Assembly: GCF_964194025.1 (NCBI RefSeq)
Contig: NC_134478.1
Span: 12,648,001 to 12,712,000 of the forward strand
Direction of reading: 5' to 3'
DNA from: Convolutriloba macropyga
Taxonomy: Eukaryota
DNA: 64,000 bases
The notes beneath the pieces were generated by a model, which saw only the letters and a program-made list of their open reading frames with translations, ran no database searches and had not been told where the DNA came from. Made by a program: the position numbers and the translations under genes. Shown in pieces: positions 12,101 to 24,434 of the stretch; position 1 is the first letter of the stretch; each line of letters begins with the position of its first letter.

Positions 12101-14600
12101 TACTTGAAAAATTGGTACATTAGAAAACTAAACTTTAGAAACGCAAAAATTCGCGTTTTTTATCTAAAATGCCTGCTTATTTTTCGACTATTGAATCTAG
12201 GTAGTTCGAAGTGATAAGAGAGAGTTGTGCCAGGCAGACTTTGGTTATAATGTAAAGAACTTACAGATTAGTGTTATATAAAGTCAAGTTTTGCGATTTC
12301 GTCAAACACTTCCCAAAATTCGTCTCTTACTTAAAAACTATGATGTAAACCTATGGGTCAAGGAGCTGTAGAATGTCGCTCATACTATTTTCATAGTATC
12401 TCCTATTCATATGAATTGTATTAAACCAAAAATTTTTGCCTGGGGGTCAATACTTGAAAAATTGGTACATTAGAAAACTTAAGTTCAGAAACGCAAAAAT
12501 TCGCGTTTTTTATGTAAAATGCCTTCTTCTTTTTCGACTATTGGGTCTAGGTAGTTCAAAGTGATAAGAGAAAAATGTGTCAGGCAAACTTTGGCTATAA
12601 TGTAAAGAACTTACAGATTAGTGTTATATAAAGTCAAGTTTTGCGACTTCGTCAAACGCTTCCCCAAATTCGTCTCTTACTTAAAAACTATGATGTGAAC
12701 CTATGGGTCAAGGAGCGGTAGAATTTCGCTCACACTAGTTTCGTATTATCTCCTATTCATATGGATTGTAATAAACCAAAAAATTTTGTTTGGGGTCAAT
12801 ACTTGAAAAATTGGTACATTAGAAAACTGAAGTTCGGAAACGCAAAAAATTCGTTTGTTTGTTATGTAAAATGCCTTCTTATTTCTCAACTATTAAGTCT
12901 AGGTGATTCAAAGTTATAAGAAAAACGTTTGTCAGGATAGCTTTGGCCATAATGTAAAAAAATTCAGATTAGTGTTATATGAAGTAAAGTTTTGCGATTT
13001 CGACAAAAGTTTCTCAAAATTCGTCTCTTATTTAAAAACTATGATGTGAACCTATGGGTCAAGGAGCTGTAGAATGTCGCTCATACTATTTTCATAGTAT
13101 TTGCTATTCATATGAATTGTATTAAACGAAAAATTTTTGCCTTGGGGCCAATACTTGAAAAATTGGTACATTAGAAAACTGAAGTTCGGAAACGCAAAAA
13201 ATTCGTCTGTTTGTTATGTAAAATGCCTTCTTATTTCTCAGCTATTGGGTCTAGGTAGTTTAAAGTGATAAGAGAAAATTGAGTCAAGCGAACTTTGGAT
13301 ATGATGTACAGAAATTACAGGTTAGTGTTATATAAAGTCAAGTTTTGCAATTTCGTCAAACGCTTCCCAAAACTCGTCTCTTAATTAAAAACTATGATGT
13401 AAACATATGGGTCAAGGAGCTGTAGAATGTCGCTCATACTATTTTCACAGTATTTGCTATTCATATGAATTGTTTTAAACGGAAAATTTTAGCCTTGGGG
13501 TCAATACTTGAAAAAATTGTTACATTAGAAAACTTAAGTTCGGAAACGCAAAAAAATTCCTCTGTTTTTTTTGTAAAATGGCTTCTTATTTCTCGACTAT
13601 TGGGTCTAGGTGGTTCAAAGTTATAAAAGAAACGTGTGTGAGTCTAATTTTGGCCATAATGTAAAGAAATTCAAGATTAGTGTTTAATAAAGTCCAGTTT
13701 TGCAATTTCGTCAAACGTTTCTTAAAATTCGTCTCTTAAATAAAGAATATGATGTGACCCTATGGGTCAAGGAGTTGTAGAATGCTGCTAAAACTATTCT
13801 CGTGAAATTTCCAAAGCATATGGACTGTATTAAACCAAAAGTTTTTTCTTTGGGGCCAAAACTTGAAGAATTGGTACATTAGAAAAGTAATGTTCGGAAA
13901 CGCAAAAATTTTGTCTGTTTTTTATGTAAAATGCCTTCTTTTTCTCAACTCTTGGGTCTAAGCGGTTCAAAGTTATAAGATGAACGTGTGTCAGGCAAAC
14001 TTTGGCTATGATGTAAAGAAACTTAAGATAAGTGTTATATAAAGTCCAGTTTTTCAATTTATTCAAGCGTTTCTTAAAATTCGTCTCTTATTTGAAGAAT
14101 ATGATGTGACCCTATGGGTCAAAGAGTTGTAGAATGTTTCTCTAACTATTCTCGTAAAATTTTCTAATCATATGGATTTGTAGATTGTATTAAACCGAAA
14201 GTTTTTTTTGGGGGTCGATTCTTGAAAAATTGGTACATTAGAAAAGTTAAGTTCGGAAACGCAAAAAATTCGTCTGTTTTTAATGTAAAATGCTTTTTTC
14301 TTTCTCAACTTTTGCGTCTCTGTGGTTCGAAGTTATTAAAAAAACGTGTTTCAGGTTAATTTTGGCTCTGATGTAAAGAAATTTAAAATTAGTGTTAATG
14401 AAAGTTCAGTTTTGCAATTTCGACCGATGTTTCTAAAAATTCATCTCCTATTTAAATATGTAACCCTATGGGTCCAGGAGTTGTAGAATGTTGCTCATAT
14501 TATTTTCTTTTCGTAGTATCTCCTATTTTCATAAGGAAGGTATTAAACATAAGGAAGCTATTTTTTTGCTTTGGTGTTAATACTTAAAAAAATTGGTACA
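9130..14600. repeat. Satellite array, ~351-bp monomer, about 15-16 diverged copies
   Basis: Landmarks aaaattcgtctctta, tgaccctatgggtcaagg and ggggtcaatacttgaaaaattggtacattagaaaa recur every ~350 bp (e.g. ~12316, 12667, 13018, 13370). Confidence 0.95.
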
Positions 14601-14671
14601 TCCCAATGCCCCAAAACCTTTTTTTCCGCAAAATCTCCCGCTCAAAAAAGGCTTTATTTGTCAATGTGGGA

Positions 14672-14746
14672 CTGGCCCGATCTATTTTAGTGGCCAAATC
14701 TATTTTCATTGGCAAAGCCTATTTTCACTGGTCGAACCTATTTTGT
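14672..14746. repeat. ~20-bp minisatellite (ctattttcactggccaaat-like, x4); duplicated at ~19556-19630
   Basis: ctatttt recurs at about 20-bp spacing. Confidence 0.75.
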
Positions 14747-16153
14747 TAAATATATGATGTACGTTCCAGTGCCACAAAAAGGATTTTTACCGAAAAATCC
14801 CTCGCTCAAGAAAGGCTTTGTTTGTCAATGTGGGACGGGTGTAGGTTCAATCAAGCGGCTAGGAACTCTTTGACAAGTAATAATGAAGTAGTAATAAGTA
14901 CTAATAGTGGTAATAAGGCTTTAAAAATCACTTTTATGCTCAAAAATGCGCAATAAATTAGGCTTAATTGCGGATTATAGTGCGAAATCGAGTTACGTTT
15001 TATGCGAAAAAGCGATACAACAATGGAGCAGTTGCGTGACACAAAATGCACGAAAAATAGAATGCAAAGTTTGTACTTGTATTTTGCAGCTCTAAGATTA
15101 AGACACTTTTGGGAACGCGGGTTGCTAATATCCCTTCAATTTTGCCGGTTTCTGCTAAAGTAGCTATTTTCCGCAATATTGTTGCATTTTCAATGTAATA
15201 ATATAAGAAAAAACGAAAACGAGATACACGCGTCGGGCATATTTGCGCGCGTCAATTTCGGTATACCTCTGCGATGTAATGGAAAGATTTCCAACTCTAT
15301 TTTCAACCTTTTATCATAACTGATAAAGCTTCTGCTTTTTGAAGGAAAAGCTGACGTATTCGACAAAAAGACGCTCTTAAAACTTAAACCACAAAACAAC
15401 TTAAACTTGGATCTTTTCCGTTTGTTTTCCCCACTACATTATGACCCCCAGTTACAGAGCTCGTACCATTGCCTAGTAAATCATTATGTAAAATATGGCT
15501 CGTGCCTCTGGGAAATGCAAATAATATGCACCCATTAAGCTGGGGGGATTCACAAACCGAAAAGATCCAAAATTTCTATTCATTGAATCCCGTGCAGAAT
15601 TAGCTGAATATGGTATAGTTATAAATTTTAACATCCTTGAAAGCGAACACATCGACTGAATCTAAATTTTGGCAAAAAATCATAACATTGTCTAGATACT
15701 ATCTTCCAATCTTGTTTTTTATGAGCGCTTTCAACCCCCCTTAACAAAAAAAAACGTTTATTCACATTTAAATAACTCACAAAACAAAACAAAGCAACCT
15801 ATATTTTCTTTAAAATTAAAAAAGCGTTTTTTACAAATCAGCTATTTTAGCGTAAATATTACAAGAAAACAAACATGTCGGTTGTCAGCAACACAATTTT
15901 TGCCAAATTTGCCCTCGTCTGTATTTTTAGTACAGTTGGAACAACGAAAAAAAAGTACCCTTAAAAAATATCCAAGAGGGAACAAGAGGGACAAATATGT
16001 TCAGTGTTTCTGTCTCTTGATTAAAATAATCAGTTGAAACTTAATTAATTAAATGTCGGTTAATTTTCAATAACATTTTCATAAATTTATCTCTTTCATA
16101 AACCGCATTGACCAAGTTAGGCATTATTGTCTGATTCACCAATCAGTGGGTGT

Positions 16154-19100
16154 TTCACAATTTCGTACAATGTTTCTCAAAATTCGTCTGTTATTTAAAA
16201 AACATAATGTGAACTTATGTTCAAGGAGTTGTAGAATGTTGCTCATACAATTTCCGTAGTATCTCCTGGTCAATACTTGAAAAAATGTTACATTAGAAAA
16301 CTAAAGTTCGGAAACGCAAAAAAATTCGTCTGTTTTTTATGTGAAATGCCTTCTTTTTTCTCGTTTATTGGGTCTAAGTAGTTCAAAGTGATAAAAAAAA
16401 CGTGTATCAATTCAGCTTTGGCTGTGATGTAAAGATTTATGATTAGTTTTATATAAAGCCAAGTTTTGCAATTTCGTCCAATGTTTCTAAAAATTCTTCT
16501 CTGAATTAAAAAGAATGATGTGTCACTATGGTCAAGGATTTGTTTTGTAGAATGTTGCTCATACTATTTTGCTATTATGTCCTGTTCAACTGGATTGTAT
16601 TAAACCCAAAATTTTTGCTTTGGGGTCAATACTTGAAAAATTGGAAGATTAGAAATGTAAAGTTCGTGAACGCAAAAAAATTCGTCTGTTTTTTTATGTA
16701 AAATGCCTTCTTGTTTCTCGACTAGTGGGTCCAGGTTGTTCAAAGTTTAATGAGAAACGTTTGTCAAGCTAACTTTGGCTATGATTTAAAGAAATTAAGG
16801 ATGATTATTAGATAAAATCCAGTTTTGCAATTTCGTCAAACGTTTCTTAAAATTCGTCTCTTAATTAAAGATATGTTGTGATCCTATAGGTCAAGGAGTT
16901 GTAGAAAGTTTCTCAAACTTTTCTCGTAAAATTTCCTAATCAAATGGATTGTATTAGACTGAAAGTTTCTAATTTAGGGTTAATACTTGAAAAATTGGTA
17001 CATTAGAAAACTAAACTTTAGAAACGCAAAAATTCGCGTTTTTTATCTAAAATGCCTGCTTATTTTTCGACTATTGAATCTAGGTAGTTCGAAGTGATAA
17101 GAGAGAGTTGTGCCAGGGAGACTTTGGTTATAATGTAAAGAACTTACAGATTAGTGTTATATAAAGTCAAGTTTTGCGATTTCGTCAAACACTTCCCAAA
17201 ATTCGTCTCTTACTTAAAAACTATGATGTAAACCTATGGGTCAAGGAGCTGTAGAATGTCGCTCATACTATTTTCATAGTATCTCCTATTCATATGAATT
17301 GTATTAAACCAAAAATTTTTGCCTGGGGGTCAATACTTGAAAAATTGGTACATTAGAAAACTTAAGTTCAGAAACGCAAAAATTCGCGTTTTTTATGTAA
17401 AATGCCTTCTTCTTTTTCGACTATTGGGTCTAGGTAGTTCAAAGTGATAAGAGAAAAATGTGTCAGGCAAACTTTGGCTATAATGTAAAGAACTTACAGA
17501 TTAGTGTTATATAAAGTCAAGTTTTGCGATTTCGTCAAACGCTTCCCCAAATTCGTCTCTTACTTAAAAACTATGATGTGAACCTATGGGTCAAGGAGCG
17601 GTAGAATTTCGCTCACACTAGTTTCGTATTATCTCCTATTCATATGGATTGTAATAAACCAAAAAATTTTGTTTGGGGTCAATACTTGAAAAATTGGTAC
17701 ATTAGAAAACTGAAGTTCGGAAACGCAAAAAATTCGTTTGTTTGTTATGTAAAATGCCTTCTTATTTCTCAACTATTAAGTCTAGGTGATTCAAAGTTAT
17801 AAGAAAAACGTTTGTCAGGATAGCTTTGGCCATAATGTAAAAAAATTCAGATTAGTGTTATATGAAGTAAAGTTTTGCGATTTCGACAAAAGTTTCTCAA
17901 AATTCGTCTCTTATTTAAAAACTATGATGTGAACCTATGGGTCAAGGAGCTGTAGAATGTCGCTCATACTATTTTCATAGTATTTGCTATTCATATGAAT
18001 TGTATTAAACGAAAAATTTTTGCCTTGGGGTCAATACTTGAAAAATTGGTACATTAGAAAACTGAAGTTCGGAAACGCAAAAAATTCGTCTGTTTGTTAT
18101 GTAAAATGCCTTCTTATTTCTCAGCTATTGGGTCTAGGTAGTTTAAAGTGATAAGAGAAAATTGAGTCAAGCGAACTTTGGATATGATGTACAGAAATTA
18201 CAGGTTAGTGTTATATAAAGTCAAGTTTTGCAATTTCGTCAAACGCTTCCCAAAACTCGTCTCTTAATTAAAAACTATGATGTAAACATATGGGTCAAGG
18301 AGCTGTAGAATGTCGCTCATACTATTTTCACAGTATTTGCTATTCATATGAATTGTTTTAAACGGAAAATTTTAGCCTTGGGGTCAATACTTGAAAAAAT
18401 TGTTACATTAGAAAACTTAAGTTCGGAAACGCAAAAAAATTCCTCTGTTTTTTTTTGTAAAATGCCTTCTTATTTCTCGACTATTGGGTCTAGGTAGTTC
18501 AAAGTTATAAAAGAAACGTGTGTGAGTCTAATTTTGGCCATAATGTAAAGAAATTCAAGATTAGTGTTTAATAAAGTCCAGTTTTGCAAATTCGTCAAAC
18601 GTTTCTTAAAATTCGTCTCTTTAATAAAGAATATGATGTGACCCTATGGGTCAAGGAGTTGTAGAATGCTGCTAAAACTATTCTCGTGAAATTTCCAAAG
18701 CATATGGACTGTATTAAACCAAAAGTTTTTTCTTTGGGGCCAAAACTTGAAGAATTGGTACATTAGAAAAGTAATGTTCGGAAACGCAAAAATTTTGTCT
18801 GTTTTTTATGTAAAATGCCTTCTTTTCCTCAACTCTTAGGTCTAAGCGGTTCAAAGTTATAAGATGAACGTGTGTCAGGCAAACTTTGGCTATGATGTAA
18901 AGAAACTTAAGATAAGTGTTATATAAAGTCCAGTTTTTCAATTTATTCAAGCGTTTCTTAAAATTCGTCTCTTATTTGAAGAATATGATGTGACCCTATG
19001 GGTCAAAGAGTTGTAGAATGTTTCTCTAACTATTCTCGTAAAATTTTCTAATCATATGGATTTGTAGATTGTATTAAACCGAAAGTTTTTTTTGGGGGTC

Positions 19101-19484
19101 GATTCTTGAAAAATTGGTACATTAGAAAAGTTAAGTTCGGAAACGCAAAAAATTCGTCTGTTTTTAATGTAAAATGCTTTTTTCTTTCTCAACTTTTGCG
19201 TCTCTGTGGTTCGAAGTTATTAAAAAAACGTGTTTCAGGTTAATTTTGGCTCTGATGTAAAGAAATTTAAAATTAGTGTTAATGAAAGTTCAGTTTTGCA
19301 ATTTCGACCGATGTTTCTAAAAATTCATCTCCTATTTAAATATGTAACCCTATGGGTCCAGGAGTTGTAGAATGTTGCTCATATTATTTTCTTTTCGTAG
19401 TATCTCCTATTTTCATAAGGAAGGTATTAAACATAAGGAAGCTATTTTTTTGCTTTGGTGTTAATACTTAAAAAAATTGGTACA
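16154..19484. repeat. Duplicated part of the ~351-bp satellite array (~9.5 monomers)
   Basis: Monomer-by-monomer copy of 11271-14600, including the same deleted monomer (tatctcctggtcaatac). Confidence 0.95.
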
Positions 19485-19734
19485 TCCCAATGCCCCAAAA
19501 CCTTTTTTTCCGCAAAATCTCCCGCTCAAAAAAGGCTTTATTTGTCAATGTGGGACTGGCCCGATCTATTTTAGTGGCCAAATCTATTTTCATTGGCAAA
19601 GCCTATTTTCACTGGTCGAACCTATTTTGTTAAATATATGATGTACGCTCCAGTGCCACAAAAATGATTTTTACCGAAAAATCCCTCGCTCAAGAAAGGC
19701 TTTGTTTGTCAATGTGGGACGGGTGTAGGTTCAA

Positions 19735-21950
19735 TCAAGCGGCTAGGAACTCTTTGACAAGTAATAATGAAGTAGTAATAAGTACTAATAGTGGTAATAA
19801 AGCTTTAAAAATCACTTTTATGCTCAAAAATGCGCAATAAATTAGGCTTAATTGCGGATTATAGTGCGAAATCGAGTTACGTTTTATGCGAAAAAGCGAT
19901 ACAACAATGGAGCAGTTGCGTGACACAAAATGCACGAAAAATAGAATGCAAAGTTTGTACTTGTATTTTGCAGCTCTAAGATTAAGACACTTTTGGGAAC
20001 GCGGGTTGCTAATATCCCTTCAATTTTGCCGGTTTCTGCTAAAGTAGCTATTTTCCGCAATATTGTTGCATTTTCAATGTAATAATATAAGAAAAAACGA
20101 AAACGAGATACACGCGTCGGGCATATTTGCCCGCGTCAATTTCGGTATACCTCTGCGATGTAATGGAAAGATTTCCAACTCTATTTTCAACCTTTTATCA
20201 TAACTGATAAAGCTTCTGCTTTTTGAAGGAAAAGCTGACGTATTCGACAAAAAGACGCTCTTAAAACTTAAACCACAAAACAATTTAAACTTGGATCTTT
20301 TCCGTTTGTTTTCCCCACTACATTATGACCCCCAGTTACAGAGCTCGTACCATTGCCTAGTAAATCATTATGTAAAATATGGCTCGTGCCTCTGGGAAAT
20401 GCAAATAATATGCACCCATTAAGCTGGGGGGGGGGGGGGGGATTCACAAACCGAAAAGATCCAAAATTTGTATTCATTGAGTCCCGTGCAGAATTAGCTA
20501 AATATGGTATAGTTATAAAATTTAACATCCTTGAAAGCGAACACATCGACTGAATCCAAATTTTGGCAAAAAATCATAACATTGTCTAGATACTATCTTC
20601 CAATCTTGTTTTTTATGAGCGCTTTCAACCCCCCTTAACAAAAAAAACGTTTATTCACATTTAAATAACTCACAAAACAAAACAAAGCAACCTATATTTT
20701 CTTTAAAATTAAAAAAGCGTTTTTTACAAATCAGCTATTTTAGCGTAAATATTACAAGAAAACAAACATGTCGGTTGTCAGCAACACAATTTTTGCCAAA
20801 TTTGCCCTCGTCTGTATTTTTAGTACAGTTGGAACAACGAAAAAAAAGTACCCTTAAAAAATATCCAAGAGGGAACAAGAGGGACAAATATGTTCAGTGT
20901 TTCTGTCTCTTGATTAAAATAATCAGTTGAAACATAATTAATTAAATGTCGGTTAATTTTCAATAACATTTTCATAAATTTATCTCTTTCATAAACCGCA
21001 TTGACCAAGTTAGGCATTATTGTCTGATTCACCAATCAGTGGGTATTTCATTTCAAGTAATAATTAAATATTGGCGGAATCTTAAAAAAGTATTTTGCTG
21101 AACTTTGGTTTTATTTGAGATCCGTTGAAATAGGAGTTATCGTTGACAGAAAAGTTGCAACTAATTAAAGAAGAAGCATTGTATGACACTTGCTTTTGGT
21201 AAAAAAAAGTAATTTAACTATTCTTTGAGGTTTATCTAGCTGTGGTTGCTCCAGAACTCCTTGAAACGGGGACTAGAAACTTAATGCCAGACTGCCTTCC
21301 TTTTTCAAAATTATTTTAGCAGGTCCAGATTTTTTGAAGAGATACAAAGGTGGCATCATAGTTGAAACACTTGAGATTGTTCGGCACTGTTGAATTTTTC
21401 GAGGGGGTTTTGAGATTTACATGTGTAAAAATTTTCCCTGCTCTTCACATTTCAAGTTCAATAAGGTACTTAAGACTAGAAAAAAATTCAAATGCAGTAA
21501 CTACGAGATGCTAGGATTGTTTGAAAATTGGATTTTATTAGACGGCTGCGCACTTTTAATTCCGGGTGTCTAGTGGCCGATAACTTTGAGATCAGATAGT
21601 TGAATGTAATTAATGAAAAATTCCTAAAGACTGAATCAGAGGTAGTATAAAGAATTTTCTTTCCTTCAAATTCTTGAAAAACAATTTGAGGTTTACAGTT
21701 ATTAAGACTTTACACGATTTCGATGTTTTCACGCTTCGCAAACGCTTAGACAATAAACAGAAAACTCAAACACTTAAAGTTTGAACTTGTGATTTCACAA
21801 AAATTATCTTAAGTACGGCAAAGCTCAGTTTTCTTTTAAAAGTAGTTGTTTTTCTGTTGGTCGGCTGACAAATAACAAATTTTGGTTTAAAATTAAAAGA
21901 ACGCAAAACTTGGTTACCAAAAATCGAAAGCGAAAACAAGAAAACCATGG
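19735..21950 (-). mobile_element. Highly decayed LINE-like remnant (partly duplicated at 14851-16150)
   Basis: Minus-strand traces resembling an ORF1 knuckle (NLKCFNY ~21370), endonuclease (LIGESDNNA ~21020) and RT (RRGIPK, LNLRAAKYK) occur in the expected order, but all are very degenerate. Confidence 0.3.
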
Positions 21951-23019
21951 GGCATAATTTGAGTTATTTAATTTAAGCTTAGCGAAAAAACAAAAAGCTG
22001 TTCATGAAAATAAAACAACGTAATAACTATAAAAAAAGTGAGGTGTTTGTTAACTATTAAACTGCTTGATAGACGACTATATAATAAATTGGGGAGAAAA
22101 TGTGAGCATGTTGGTCTGCGCAAAATTCAAGCAAAAAATGCTCAAGCGTAAGAAAACTAAGGTTGTTTTTCTGCCGAACTCGCTATTTTATTGAGATTCA
22201 GGTATTTGTTTGAGCTCAGTCCGAACTTTTTCCAGGCCGTTGTTTGATTTTAGACAAAAGTGACTCCTACAAAATAAAAGGGTTTTCAAACCAAAAATTG
22301 TTATCTCAAGTGGTGGTGTGTTCGGTACTGCTTTTTGATTTGATGATTAATAACCTTTTCTTTAACGATTCAAAAATAACCGGTATTTCTGATGCTTTTC
22401 AACTCTTCAAAAAGATGAACTAGCAAAATTGCTAAGCAACAATTTTTTGCCACTTTTGTTCATTTAAAACACGCGCGAAAAGTTTTTTAGGAATGGTCTT
22501 AGACAGTATAATACAGAATTAGTTGAAAATTATATCAATCTTTTGATAGAAGCAGTTTTATGTCAATTTCCTGCTCAACAACTTTTTCCGTTTTTCTAAT
22601 ACTTTACATCACATCTTTTCAAATATACCATGATTTTGGAAATTTATAGCCAAGATTACAAAACAATTCGATTTGCACTTACGTCCCACAGGAAAATGTA
22701 AACTGATATTCAGTAACATGGCTTAAATTTTCCGATTTTACCGTTACATTGGTAAATAATTACTAATCAACAGGCGCATGTGTCAAGATTTGATTGAGCA
22801 AATACTTTACTGAAAATAAAAAAGTACCTTCTCTGTATATTTTATGAATTTTTTAAATCAATTGAGTGGATGGAACAATATGTGCGAACGTGCACTATCC
22901 ATTCTCACTCCAATTTTTTTTAATTATTTGAAAAAATAGTCAGCAACAAAATTAAGTTTTTTATAACCTTTTGATCACAGACTTAGAGCTAGTTGGCTGC
23001 AATTTTCTTCATAGATCTA

Positions 23020-23198
23020 CTGCCTTTCACACTGCATCATTTAAACCCAACCCGCGTATCTTGACACCCTATCATTTCACCCCGCATAAAGCAGTCGGCG
23101 TTACAAGCACGTCTCCTCATAATTAAGGAAACAAATTCAATCGAACTTTCGGTTGTGCTCATGTACTACCAAGTCCCACGGGCCGCTGCGGCATGGCC
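23020..23198 (+). mobile_element. Non-autonomous repeat family D (microrepeats plus GC hairpin end)
   Basis: tcatttcacccc repeats, then caagtcccacgggccgctgcggcatggcc. Confidence 0.7.
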
Positions 23199-24434
23199 GA
23201 ATGATTATCGTATAGATGTTAACAGTATCAATTATAAAAAGGACTAAAGACGGGCGCTAAACAAATATGGGTGAAAAAGCGGGTCTCCTTCCACGCGTGA
23301 ATTTGCTTATTGAAAGTTTTGATTCTTAAGATTTCTGATGGATTTACTCCTTTTACAATATTACTCTGTAAATCTTTCGCAATACTAATTTTATGGCAAA
23401 CTAAAATCAAAGTAATAGAATTCATTCATTCATTCGGTCGATTAAAATTTGCATGACATTAAAATTGTTAAAACCAAGTTAAAATTATTAGAAAAAGCAT
23501 AACCTACCTCTTTGTAGTTGACAGACAGGGCTACGAAAAAATTGTTGTATTATTCAAATTCCCTTGATATTTTCTGAGTTTTTTTCACTTTTTGGTGTTT
23601 CCCGCTTTTTTGAATCTTGAACTCTAAAGAAACTTGGCGTTAGTTCAGATCACGCGGTGATTTGTTTTCGAACTAACACCTTATAGCTACCGCAAGAAAC
23701 TAGAAAGTATCTTTGTAAAATTGATTTTAGATGGTTCCCTTTCTTGAAGTTGAGAGAGAGTTGCCGCTCCTTCAATCGCGGGTTGGAAACCTTTGATAGT
23801 TGCGCACTTTTTTTCTGAAGTCACGCGCTTTCATTAAAACTTCGTTTTACAAAGCTTTAAAGTGCTGCTTGAAAAACAAACAACTTCTGCTAACTTCGAA
23901 CACTAGAACGGTTTTTTGAAAAAAATCACTGAAAACAATTCAGGTTTATGTCCTACAACAATATTAAGTTCTAATTACGGTCTCCTCAAATTGAGACAAG
24001 CGCCCTCCATTTGGGTACTGATCTTATGACCTCGTCAAAAATCAAAATAAATGCATTAGTTGAACAATAGACATAGGTAACGAACTTTCTTTTTGTACTA
24101 TGAAAAAATTCTTTTTTCAAGACAAAAGAATGTTTCCAGATACTGCACAGAGTGCATAATCGATCGTAAAAAAATTGGACAGAAGAAAAAGCCAAATTTT
24201 GTGAAACTTCGAATTATGTGAAGCCACACGAAAAAAGTCAAATATGCACCACTAAGCAGTTAGCAGCTATAAAAGCAGGTTAAATCAGAGTATTTGTTTT
24301 CAAAAGGGACAATTCCAAAAAATAAAGAGATGTACACAACGAAAAATATTCGTACAATACGTGGCCAAAACACTCGATTTTGACGGGCTTTTCACGTCCC
24401 CTGTTTTAAGATCAGAGTTGTAAGCGTGTACGAA

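Larger units (their letters stand above)
11271..21049. repeat. Tandem duplication of a ~4.88-kb segment (11271-16153 and 16154-21049)
   Basis: Near-identical sequence at an offset of ~4882-4884, with paired ORFs at 13830/18714, 14851/19735 and 15190/20074. Junction at ~16150-16158. Confidence 0.95.

Noticed and set aside
9130-19484. CRISPR-like array or repeated small ORFs
   Set aside because: Whole monomers repeat with no unique spacers, no cas genes are present, and the context is eukaryotic; the ORFs are chance frames in satellite DNA.
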